Positions 30,893-38,840 of a stretch of DNA of 64,000 nucleotides are shown here, piece by piece. Under the pieces are notes generated by a model. That model saw only the letters and a list, made by a program, of their open reading frames with translations, was not told where the DNA came from and ran no database searches. How positions within the stretch are numbered: position 1 is the first letter of the stretch; every line of letters begins with the position of its first letter. The translations under genes were made by a program, and so were the position numbers. The stretch comes from a bacterium (GTDB lineage Bacteria; Patescibacteriota; Minisyncoccia; UBA6257; JAGOQP01), in NCBI GenBank assembly GCA_021780155.1, contig JAJXZH010000011.1, forward strand, positions 846-64,845, read 5' to 3'.

Positions 30893-30968
30893 AAAAATAT
30901 AATTTTAAATATAAATAAAAAACAAATGGCCTTTGAAAGATTATAGCACAAAAGAACAAAAAAACGAT

Positions 30969-30977
30969 TGTGGATAA
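30969..30977 (-). promoter_or_regulatory. Single DnaA box
   Basis: TGTGGATAA, reverse complement of TTATCCACA, in intergenic DNA. Confidence 0.45.
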
Positions 30978-31113
30978 CTTTTTATTTTTGAATCAATGAA
31001 AAATAACGCAAAATTCAATAAATTTTAATATCATAGATAAACACGCAAAGACAAATCTTTTGATTTCAAAAAACGAGGTGTACCCAAAACCCAAAAAACA
31101 AAAAATGTGTCGG

Positions 31114-31278
31114 GCATCATAACCATCTGTCTAAAATTCCGTTTAAAATATCCGAGCGATCAATGTGCGCGCAAATTAGAAAAACGGATAATTTTCCGTC
31201 CGATTTACGCCAAAATTACCAAAATGACAACCCCCAAGGGCAATCTGAGAGCCCAAACGGAGACAGACGGCCTTATGC
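31114..31278 (-). ncRNA. Candidate structured non-coding RNA (about 165 nt, possibly 6S-like)
   Basis: Nested stems on the minus strand with G-U pairs: CCGUCUGUCU/AGACAGAUGG, CCGUUUGG/UUAAACGG, GCGUAAAU/AUUUGCGC, CGGA/UCCG; U-rich tail follows. Confidence 0.5.
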
Positions 31279-31284
31279 AATTCC

Positions 31285-31312
31285 TTGACTTTCTGATTGA
31301 AACGAGTATAAT
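31285..31312 (+). promoter_or_regulatory. Sigma70-type promoter for the 3D-domain gene
   Basis: TTGACT-N16-TATAAT. Confidence 0.6.
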
Positions 31313-31446
31313 TGTGATAAATCGTGCAAAAGGCGCGGTTTTTTGTTGCTTTGATAAAAAGCTCAATAGTAGATAAATTAACAAATGGCTTAAAATCTAA
31401 CTTTTTATTGGATTTTTAAGCTAAAATATAAGTAACCAAAAAAAAT

Positions 31447-31965
31447 ATGGGTAAACGTTTAAATTCAGTTCTGGTTTTTATAGCCGTTGCCACGGTTTTG
31501 GCCACTAATCTGACCACCAGCAGAATATCCGCTTCCGGATTTCTGGGGGCATTATATGGGGTAAAAACCAGCGCCCAAGAAGTTAATCCCGACAGAAGCC
31601 TGGCTTCCGACTCAAACACGAAGAATGATTCGGTCGTTGAGAGAAATTCGATCTCGGAACCAAGCAAAAGCAAGCAAATAAAAATCACGGTTACGGCCTA
31701 CACTAATGATCCGGCCGAAACCAAAGATTATGCCATCGGGATAACCGCGATGGGAACTCACACCAGAGATGGTGTCGCCGCCGCTAATTTTCTTCCTTTT
31801 GGAACAAAATTTCAGCTTCCGGAAATATACGGCGACAAGATATTTACCATAGAAGATAGAATGAATGTTAAATACAATAGTCAAAAAAGAGTGGATATCT
31901 GGATGTTAGAAAAGTCTCAAGCATTTTATTTCGGAAAGAAAACAACGGTTATGCAACTTCTTTAA
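31447..31965 (+). CDS. Secreted 3D-domain (MltA-like, 3 Asp) protein
   Basis: VTAYT, ITAMG, VAAANFLPFGT, IEDRM, VDIW. Confidence 0.88.
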   Translation: MGKRLNSVLVFIAVATVLATNLTTSRISASGFLGALYGVKTSAQEVNPDRSLASDSNTKNDSVVERNSISEPSKSKQIKITVTAYTNDPAETKDYAIGITAMGTHTRDGVAAANFLPFGTKFQLPEIYGDKIFTIEDRMNVKYNSQKRVDIWMLEKSQAFYFGKKTTVMQLL

Positions 31966-32040
31966 ATCAAAATCCGCTTTTAAAGCGGATTTTGATTGTA
32001 AAAAAACCGCCCTTTGAATTTTATCTTGGGGCGGTTTTTT
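31965..32040. terminator. Two hairpins between convergent 3D-domain gene and pnp
   Basis: AATCAAAATCCGCTTT-T-AAAGCGGATTTTGATT and AAAAAACCGCCC...GGGCGGTTTTTT. Confidence 0.75.
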
Positions 32041-32074
32041 ATTCCGTCTTAAAAACAAAACCTACAAATTAAAA

Positions 32075-34261
32075 TCAATTTGATTGCTCTGGCTGAGAAT
32101 TTGTCTTTCCGTTTGCTATTTGGTCTTTTGTTGTTGAAAGCGCCTTGATTGAAAGTCCAATTTTACCATTCTCGTCAACTTTAATGACTTTTGCCTTAAC
32201 CGTCTGACCCTGCTTTAAAACATCGGTAATTTTATTAACAAATCCACTTTTCACTTCAGAAATGTGAATCATTCCATCTCTGCCTCCGCCCAAATCGACG
32301 ATTGCTCCAAATTCCAAAAGTTTTATAATCGGTCCCTCTACAATTTCTCCAATTTCATACTCTTTAGTCATTCCATTTATCAAACTAATCGCTTTTTTGG
32401 CGCTTTCAGGATCGGTAGACGCGACAAAAACCTTTCCATCATCGTCAATATCAATAGAAATCAGCCCGTATTTTTCTATAATTCCATTAATCATTTTTCC
32501 ACCTGGACCAATAACCATTCCGATTTGATACGGTTTGACCTGAGTGAGCATAATAATTGGCGCGTAAGGGGAAAGCTGTTTTTTGGGTTCCGGTAAAACC
32601 TTTGCCATAACATCCAAAATTTCAAATCTGGCTTTTTGCGCCTGATCAATTGCTTGAGAAAAAATATCAGAAGTAATGCCTTCAATTTTAACATCCATCT
32701 GTAAGGCATTGACTCCGTCTCTGGTCCCGGCAACTTTCAAATCCATATCGCCATAATGATCTTCCGGTCCTTGAATATCGGTTAATACTTTAAAATCTGG
32801 GCTATTTTTTTTCGATTCATATCCTTCATAAGTTATAAGTCCCATTGCTATTCCGGCAACCGGTTTTTTAATCGGGACACCGGCATCCATCAAAGACAGA
32901 CACCCGGCGCAAGTGGTTGCCATCGAAGATGACCCGTTAGAAGACAAAACCTCTGAAACAATTCTAATGGTGTACGGAAATTCTTCTTGACTTGGTATTA
33001 CCGCTTCAAGCGCTTTTTTAGCCAAAGCTCCATGACCTATTTCTCTTCTCCCGGGCATTCCAACTCTTCCCGTTTCTCCCGTTGAATAAGGAGGAAAATT
33101 ATAGTGGAGCATAAATCTTCGTTTGAAAGAATTTTCCATTGTTTCTACTACCTGCTCCGAACCTGGAGCAGCCAAAGTAGTAACAGCCAACGCTTGAGTC
33201 TCTCCGCGCGAAAACAAAGCCGAACCATGCAATCTTTTAAAAAGACCGGTTTCGGCATAAAGTTCTCTGATTTCATCAAGCTTCCTTCCATCGGGTCTTT
33301 TTCCTGATTCTAAAATATTTTTATGAACAATGTCGTTTATGGCATCTTCCCAAATAGGCAGAACGTCGGATAAATTATCAACTTTTAATTCTTTCAAGTG
33401 CGCATAAAGCTCTTCCTCTAATTGAGAAAGTGAATTGTCTCTTTCGGTTTTCCCTTTTCCGTAAAGCGCTTCTTCCAATCTAGGGGCAATAAAATTAATA
33501 ACCGTTTCTTTTAATGCCGGATCTGTTTCCTTAAGAGCAACTTGAGTTTTGGGTCTTCCTATTTGAGAAATAATTTCTTTTTGAAAAGCTATCAGTTTTT
33601 TTATCTCTATGTGGCTATCGGAAAAAACTTTTTGTAAGTTTTCTTTAACAACGCTTTTTCCGCCGAGTTCAATCATATTAACTCTATTTTGAGTTCCGGA
33701 AAAGAATGAATCAAAAGAACCTTCCTCTTTCAAAATTTCTTCAACTTGAGAATTGGTTGGATTAAAAACAAAACCCTTTGATGGCGAATAAGCGGCTCTT
33801 ATTCCACCGATTGGTCCATTCCAAGGAATATCGGAAATGGATAAAACCAAAGAAGAAGTTACTTGTGCCAAAAAGTCCGGGTCATTTTCTTCATCGTAAG
33901 ATAAGATAGTAACAACTAATTGGACTTCGCGTCTCAATCGACTATCAAAAAGAGGACGAACGGATCGGTCTATTAAGCGCCCAGAAAGAACCGCCAAATC
34001 CGAAGGCCTCCCCTCTCTGCGAACAAATCGGCTGCCAATAATTTTTCCGGCGGCATAAAATCTTTCTTCATAATCAACGGTGAGCGGAAAATAATCCGTT
34101 GCCTTGTCTTGTTTTCCCATAACTGCGGTCACCAAAACCGAAGTATCTCCATATTGTCCAATGACAGCGGCGTTTGCCTGACCGGCAATATCGGAAATTA
34201 TAAATTTTAATTCTCTGTCGTGGAACGGAAGAGTAAACTCTTTTTTGTTTTTAAGCTGCAT
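32075..34261 (-). CDS. pnp: Polyribonucleotide nucleotidyltransferase
   Basis: FPLTVDYEER, RREIGHG, SNGSSSMA, DHYGDMDLKVAGT, KH and S1 domains. Confidence 0.98.
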   Translation of the reverse strand: MQLKNKKEFTLPFHDRELKFIISDIAGQANAAVIGQYGDTSVLVTAVMGKQDKATDYFPLTVDYEERFYAAGKIIGSRFVRREGRPSDLAVLSGRLIDRSVRPLFDSRLRREVQLVVTILSYDEENDPDFLAQVTSSLVLSISDIPWNGPIGGIRAAYSPSKGFVFNPTNSQVEEILKEEGSFDSFFSGTQNRVNMIELGGKSVVKENLQKVFSDSHIEIKKLIAFQKEIISQIGRPKTQVALKETDPALKETVINFIAPRLEEALYGKGKTERDNSLSQLEEELYAHLKELKVDNLSDVLPIWEDAINDIVHKNILESGKRPDGRKLDEIRELYAETGLFKRLHGSALFSRGETQALAVTTLAAPGSEQVVETMENSFKRRFMLHYNFPPYSTGETGRVGMPGRREIGHGALAKKALEAVIPSQEEFPYTIRIVSEVLSSNGSSSMATTCAGCLSLMDAGVPIKKPVAGIAMGLITYEGYESKKNSPDFKVLTDIQGPEDHYGDMDLKVAGTRDGVNALQMDVKIEGITSDIFSQAIDQAQKARFEILDVMAKVLPEPKKQLSPYAPIIMLTQVKPYQIGMVIGPGGKMINGIIEKYGLISIDIDDDGKVFVASTDPESAKKAISLINGMTKEYEIGEIVEGPIIKLLEFGAIVDLGGGRDGMIHISEVKSGFVNKITDVLKQGQTVKAKVIKVDENGKIGLSIKALSTTKDQIANGKTNSQPEQSN

Positions 34262-34270
34262 ATATTTTTT

Positions 34271-34395
34271 GCCTCAAACCCACACCTCTCCGCTTCAAGC
34301 GGATCCGCCCATCAAGGCGGAAAAATCTCAGAGCTGGCGCCCAAATAAATATTTGAGCAACAATTCTGAGTTTTGACGAATGAGTTTTTTGGACT
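34271..34395 (-). promoter_or_regulatory. Structured pnp leader (long imperfect hairpin plus two TCCGC/GCGGA hairpins)
   Basis: CTCAGA...TCTGAG and GCTCAAATA/TATTTGGGC stems; TCCGCTTCAAGCGGA and TCCGCCCATCAAGGCGGA. Confidence 0.55.
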
Positions 34396-34414
34396 GATTA
34401 ATTATATTTTATAT

Positions 34415-34930
34415 TTATCGACGACTTAATTTAGTTTTAAATAATACTTTTGAATTCTCATCCAAATCAATAAATGTGTCAACTGATTCTTTTAATTTAG
34501 AAGAGGAACTTCTGCCAAAAGAGGCGCACTCAACCTGCTTACCCTCGCCCCATTTTAAATATTCAACCAATGGAATAAAATCTCCATCTCCGGTAATCAA
34601 AATCACCACATCCAAAGATTTTGCCATTCTGATTGCATCAACCGCCATCCCCACATCCCAGTCGGCTTTTTTAGCGCCTCCGGAAAAAACTTGAAGGTCT
34701 TTCATTCTCAATTCTATTCCACTTTTTTCCAAAGCCTCAAAAAAAGCGCCCTCTCCGGCGGAGATGTCGCTTTTAACCACGTATCCTATGGCGCGGATTA
34801 GCTGTCTTGGACCAACAACCAATTTTACAAGCTCGGAAAAGTTAACCCTTGAACCATAAAGATGCTTTGCCGAGTGATACAAATTTTGAACATCCACGAA
34901 AATTCCGACTCGTTGGTCTTTGTAGCGCAT
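34415..34930 (-). CDS. NYN-domain (LabA/DUF88) PIN-like protein
   Basis: IFVDVQNL, KADWDVGMAVD, LITGDGDFIPLV. Confidence 0.92.
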   Translation of the reverse strand: MRYKDQRVGIFVDVQNLYHSAKHLYGSRVNFSELVKLVVGPRQLIRAIGYVVKSDISAGEGAFFEALEKSGIELRMKDLQVFSGGAKKADWDVGMAVDAIRMAKSLDVVILITGDGDFIPLVEYLKWGEGKQVECASFGRSSSSKLKESVDTFIDLDENSKVLFKTKLSRR

Positions 34931-34966
34931 AAAATTTATTTTAAAATATTATCAAAAAACGACAAA

Positions 34967-35233
34967 TTATTTTTTCAAACCAAGTTTTTTGATGAGTTTA
35001 GCGTATGCCTTTTCATCTTCTTTGGAAAGAAATTCCAAAAGTTTTCTTCTTTTTGAAACCATCTTCAAAAGTCCTCTTCGCGAGGATTGGTCTTTGGGAT
35101 TTGATTTTAAGTGCTTGGTCAGTTCGTCAATCTGCCTTGAAGTAAGCGCAATCTGAACCTGCGCCGAACCGGTATCGCTTTCATGCGATTGAACATCGTT
35201 TATAATTTTTGTTTTTATTCTTTTTGTAAGCAT
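34967..35233 (-). CDS. rpsO: 30S ribosomal protein S15
   Basis: DTGSAQVQIALT, HL..NPKD.SSRRGLLKMVSKRRKLL; start placed at MLTKR. Confidence 0.96.
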   Translation of the reverse strand: MLTKRIKTKIINDVQSHESDTGSAQVQIALTSRQIDELTKHLKSNPKDQSSRRGLLKMVSKRRKLLEFLSKEDEKAYAKLIKKLGLKK

Positions 35234-35362
35234 TAAAAAAAGTATATAAAAAATAAACAATAAAGTCAACCCACTATCAATCTTTAAATTAAAAAACAAA
35301 TCTGATTTGGCTCTCCATAATGTGTCGCAAAATAAAAAATATGGTAAAATATAAGAACAAAA

Positions 35363-36277
35363 ATGAATGAAGTTGAAAAATACATAAAAGAATATCTTGA
35401 TTATCTGGAAGTGGAAAAAAATCGCTCACCAAAAACGATAGAAAATTATCGTCGATATTTGAATTTTTTTGTCAAAATTTCCGAAATAAAAACCATTAAA
35501 GACGTTAACTCGGAAAACATCCGCCAATTCCGCCTCAATTTAGCAAGAAGGGCCGGTGAAGAAGGGGATTTTCTCAAAAAAACAACTCAAAGTTATTACG
35601 TGATAGCCATAAGAAATTTTTTGAAATATCTCATAAAAAATTCAATCAAAACTTATACTTCTCCCGAACAGATAGAACTACCAAAAATTTCCCAAAGGCA
35701 AATCGAGATTATTGAATATCCGGAATTGGAGAGATTTTTAAACAGTCCGTCGGGAGATTCCTTAAGAATTTTGAGGGATAAGGCGATTTTGGAAACCCTC
35801 TTTTCGACCGGACTTCGTATTTCCGAACTTTGTTCACTCTCAAGATATCAGGATTTTGAAAGAGGTGAAATAACTGTCAGAGGCAAGGGAGGAAAATTAA
35901 GAGTGGTATTTTTTTCCGACGACGCCAAACAAACAATCGCAAAATATCTGGAAAAAAGAAGCGACGCGGAAGAGGCACTTTTTGTAAGTTTGAGTAAATC
36001 AAAAAATCCAAAAGTCATAGGAAGAATTATTCCCCGCGCAATTCAGAGATTGGTCAGATATTATGCTAAAAAATCCGGAATATTGGGCAAGGTAACTCCT
36101 CATCAGTTAAGACATCAATTTGCCACAGATCTTTTAATGAACGGCGCAGACATTCGTTCGGTTCAAGCGCTTTTGGGGCACGCCAACATTGCCACTACCC
36201 AAATCTATACCCACGTCACCAATAAAGAGCTCAAAGAAATCCACAAATCATTCCATGGCAAAAGAAGAAGCAATTGA
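35363..36277 (+). CDS. XerC/XerD-family tyrosine recombinase
   Basis: SAM-like N-domain; RDKAILETLFSTGLRISEL, GKG, HQLRHQFAT, LGH, TTQIY. Confidence 0.93.
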   Translation: MNEVEKYIKEYLDYLEVEKNRSPKTIENYRRYLNFFVKISEIKTIKDVNSENIRQFRLNLARRAGEEGDFLKKTTQSYYVIAIRNFLKYLIKNSIKTYTSPEQIELPKISQRQIEIIEYPELERFLNSPSGDSLRILRDKAILETLFSTGLRISELCSLSRYQDFERGEITVRGKGGKLRVVFFSDDAKQTIAKYLEKRSDAEEALFVSLSKSKNPKVIGRIIPRAIQRLVRYYAKKSGILGKVTPHQLRHQFATDLLMNGADIRSVQALLGHANIATTQIYTHVTNKELKEIHKSFHGKRRSN

Positions 36278-36320
36278 TTTTTAACTATTGAAAATAGTAT
36301 CATTTATCTAAATAACGAAA

Positions 36321-36408
36321 GCCGAGGTGGCGAAATTGGCTATACGCACTAGCTTTAGGAGCTAGCGCTCGAAAGAGCATGCGGGTTCAACTCCCGCCCT
36401 CGGCACCA
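36321..36408 (+). tRNA. tRNA-Leu(TAG), long variable arm, CCA encoded
   Basis: GCCGAGG/CCTCGGC acceptor, CTAGC-TTTAGGA-GCTAG anticodon arm, GGTTCAACTCC T-arm, ACCA end. Confidence 0.95.
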
Positions 36409-36409
36409 A

Positions 36410-36442
36410 AACAAAAATCCGCCTTCAAAGCGGATTTTTGTT
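36410..36442. terminator. Bidirectional terminator between tRNA-Leu and the pilin array
   Basis: AACAAAAATCCGC-CTTCAAA-GCGGATTTTTGTT. Confidence 0.75.
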
Positions 36443-36462
36443 AATAAATAAAATTTATTTTT

Positions 36463-36831
36463 CTATTGAGTAAGTCCGGAAGACAATGAACTCTGAACCA
36501 AGCTTACCACTCCATAAGAGAGCAAGGCAACGACTATGCCAACGATGGCATAAATCAGTTCCTGTTTGGCTTTTTTGGTTGTTTCCGTGTCCCCCTTGCT
36601 GGTAATGAAATGAAAAGCTGACAAAAGAATAAAAAGAACCGCGACAATAAAGATTATGTAATAGAACCATTTAACTACGGTAACTAACATTCCAACCCAA
36701 CCACTTATAGTAGTAGTATTCCCATAAGTAGGACCGAGATTAATAGGGGTTGTGGGCTGAGCGAAAACCGATACTCCTACCGCAAACAACAGAATCACCA
36801 ATCCAATTGACGCAAATATTTTTTTAACCAT
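36463..36831 (-). CDS. VirB2/TrbC-type pilin 6
   Basis: Signal peptide, two TMs around ITSKGD...KKAK..LIYAIVG. Confidence 0.82.
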   Translation of the reverse strand: MVKKIFASIGLVILLFAVGVSVFAQPTTPINLGPTYGNTTTISGWVGMLVTVVKWFYYIIFIVAVLFILLSAFHFITSKGDTETTKKAKQELIYAIVGIVVALLSYGVVSLVQSSLSSGLTQ

Positions 36832-36903
36832 GATTTTTTTTATCGTTACGACCTTTACTTTTTAATATTTTTAATAATAGCATAAACATTTAATAATCTC
36901 AAA

Positions 36904-37296
36904 TCAATTCGCACCTCTGCTTTGCAAAAACTGAGTAATTGTCCAAGAAACACCGGAAGCAATCAGAGCTACGACTATAGCAATAATCGCATATTTTAAT
37001 TGAGACTTAGCCGTTTCTGCCTTCTTTTCATTTGCCCCTCCTTGGAGAAAATTGTAGGCCGCCAAAAGAATAAATAAAACGGCAACTACAAAAAATATAA
37101 CATAAATCCACTTAACTATACTAATCAATATATACCAGAATTGAGTAACGCCAGTTATCGGAGAAGAAATTTCGCTGTTTCCAAAAGGGTTTATATATCC
37201 TTCATTTACTGCGAAAACTTCAAAAATGCCGGTTGTCAAAAATATGGTTATAAATAAAAATGGCAATATCTTTAATAATTTTTTTTGTTTAAACAT
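36904..37296 (-). CDS. VirB2/TrbC-type pilin 5
   Basis: AVLFILLAAYNFLQGGANEKKAETAKSQLKYAIIA. Confidence 0.82.
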   Translation of the reverse strand: MFKQKKLLKILPFLFITIFLTTGIFEVFAVNEGYINPFGNSEISSPITGVTQFWYILISIVKWIYVIFFVVAVLFILLAAYNFLQGGANEKKAETAKSQLKYAIIAIVVALIASGVSWTITQFLQSRGAN

Positions 37297-37311
37297 AAAT
37301 TTAAATTTATT

Positions 37312-37698
37312 TTAATAAACTCCTCCGCTACCAAGAAATTGAGCGATAATAAATGAAAGACCCGAAGCAATAAGTGCGACAACTATAGAAATAGCGGCAT
37401 ATTTTAGCTGTCCTTTGGCAATCTCTATCTTTTTTTCGTTTGTTCCTCCTTGAATAAAATTATAAGCCGCCATCAGAATAAAAATAACTGCCACCACAAA
37501 AAATGCTCTATAAATCCAAATAACAATATTTCTTATAATATCAAACACGCCGTTCACGCTATTGACCGGAGATGCCGTATTTCCTGTGTTAAAAGGAGCA
37601 ATATTAACTCCGGAGGTATCCGGCGATCCGGCGGCAAGAACGATTATCGGCAACATCATCATAATTGCAGCCAATGATAAAAAAAACTTTTTTTTCAT
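37312..37698 (-). CDS. VirB2/TrbC-type pilin 4
   Basis: AVIFILMAAYNFIQGGTNEKKIEIAKGQLKYAAIS. Confidence 0.82.
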   Translation of the reverse strand: MKKKFFLSLAAIMMMLPIIVLAAGSPDTSGVNIAPFNTGNTASPVNSVNGVFDIIRNIVIWIYRAFFVVAVIFILMAAYNFIQGGTNEKKIEIAKGQLKYAAISIVVALIASGLSFIIAQFLGSGGVY

Positions 37699-37712
37699 AT
37701 TTTTGATATTAA

Positions 37713-38030
37713 TTATTTATTACCCAAAAATGTATTTATTATTGTAGCAACTCCCGAAGCGGTTAGAGCGATAACCAAAGCAATAACGGCATATTTCAAC
37801 TGAGCTTTAGCGGTTTCTATTTTTTTGGGATTATCTCCTCCCTGAAGATAATTAAATGCCGCCAAAAGAATAAATCCGACAACAACAATATAAAAAGCTT
37901 CATACATATAAGTGACGGCTTTTTGCATCAAGGCAATAATATCATCAGCGGTATTTATTTGAGCAAATGCCACCATCGGAAATCCGGAAATAATCGCCGC
38001 CGCTATAATTGATTTTGTTTTATTTTTCAT
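37713..38030 (-). CDS. VirB2/TrbC-type pilin 3
   Basis: FILLAAFNYLQGGDNPKKIETAKAQLKYAVIA. Confidence 0.82.
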   Translation of the reverse strand: MKNKTKSIIAAAIISGFPMVAFAQINTADDIIALMQKAVTYMYEAFYIVVVGFILLAAFNYLQGGDNPKKIETAKAQLKYAVIALVIALTASGVATIINTFLGNK

Positions 38031-38050
38031 ATTTAAATATTTTTATTAAA

Positions 38051-38386
38051 TTAAGCGCCAATGAAATTTTTAACTACCGCCGCTATTCCTTTTGCCGCAA
38101 GAACTACGGCCATTCCGACAATCGTATAAGTAATCGTTTTCTTCCCTTGAGCAAATTTGCTTTCATTGCCGGCGGCGCCAAGCATTTGAAACGCTCCGAC
38201 AAGCAACATTATAACAAAAACGGGAGAAGCAAGTTCAACAATAAATGTCGCAATTTTATCAACCAAATCGGGCACGGTAGTGACAGACAACGGATTGGGC
38301 AGAGAAACTCCACCGTTATCGGCGGCACTGGCAACTATCGGTATCCCCGAAACAAAGATAAATAGCGAATAGAAGATTTTTTTCAT
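38051..38386 (-). CDS. VirB2/TrbC-type pilin 2
   Basis: LPNPL, GAFQMLGAAGNESKFAQGKKTITYTIVG. Confidence 0.82.
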   Translation of the reverse strand: MKKIFYSLFIFVSGIPIVASAADNGGVSLPNPLSVTTVPDLVDKIATFIVELASPVFVIMLLVGAFQMLGAAGNESKFAQGKKTITYTIVGMAVVLAAKGIAAVVKNFIGA

Positions 38387-38410
38387 ATTTTATTTATTAT
38401 AGACATTATA

Positions 38411-38782
38411 CTATTGTGTCGGCAAATTTAAAAACTTCAAAACGGTATTAACCAAAATCCAGGCGCCAAAAGTCAAAACTATGCCGATTGCCGCCGCAGT
38501 TATTTTTTGCCTTCCTTTTTTAAATTTTCCTTCATCACCCGCCGAAATCGCCATTTCAATTCCTCCCCAAACGATAACAATGATTGCCACCGGTGTAACG
38601 ATGTCGGTTAAAACGAAAGTAACTACACCCTGAACTGTTTTTACAAAATCGGAATAGGTGCATGGATTTTGGCCGTTCCCTCCACAATTAACCAAAGCGG
38701 CAAAAGATTGCATGGCATTCATAAAAAACACCAGAGAAAAAAATAAAATTCCGTAACCGTATTTTCCGAATTTTTTTATCAT
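38411..38782 (-). CDS. VirB2/TrbC-type pilin 1 (N-terminal Cys pair)
   Basis: LVNCGGNGQNPC, WGGIEMAISAGDEGKFKKGR..ITAAAIG..L...AWILVNT. Confidence 0.82.
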   Translation of the reverse strand: MIKKFGKYGYGILFFSLVFFMNAMQSFAALVNCGGNGQNPCTYSDFVKTVQGVVTFVLTDIVTPVAIIVIVWGGIEMAISAGDEGKFKKGRQKITAAAIGIVLTFGAWILVNTVLKFLNLPTQ

Positions 38783-38840
38783 TTAATTAATTATACAGAA
38801 AACCTAAATATTATTCCAGAATTATTCTAACCGCTGTCGT

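Noticed and set aside
31107..31376. 89-aa plus-strand ORF
   Set aside because: GTG start, no recognisable motif, and it overlaps a promoter and a strongly paired RNA-like element.
30900..31446. Replication origin
   Set aside because: Only one perfect DnaA box was seen, dnaA/dnaN are not nearby, and gene strand bias does not switch here.
35308..35340. dif-like site upstream of the Xer gene (CTCCATAATGTGTC)
   Set aside because: Only a partial left-arm resemblance; the TTATGTTAAA XerD arm is absent.
35363..36408. Tyrosine recombinase next to tRNA-Leu as an integrated element or pilin shufflon
   Set aside because: It looks like a housekeeping XerC/D, lies 5' of the tRNA next to rpsO, and no duplicated tRNA-Leu end was found. 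All pilins are co-oriented full genes without visible inverted recombination sites.
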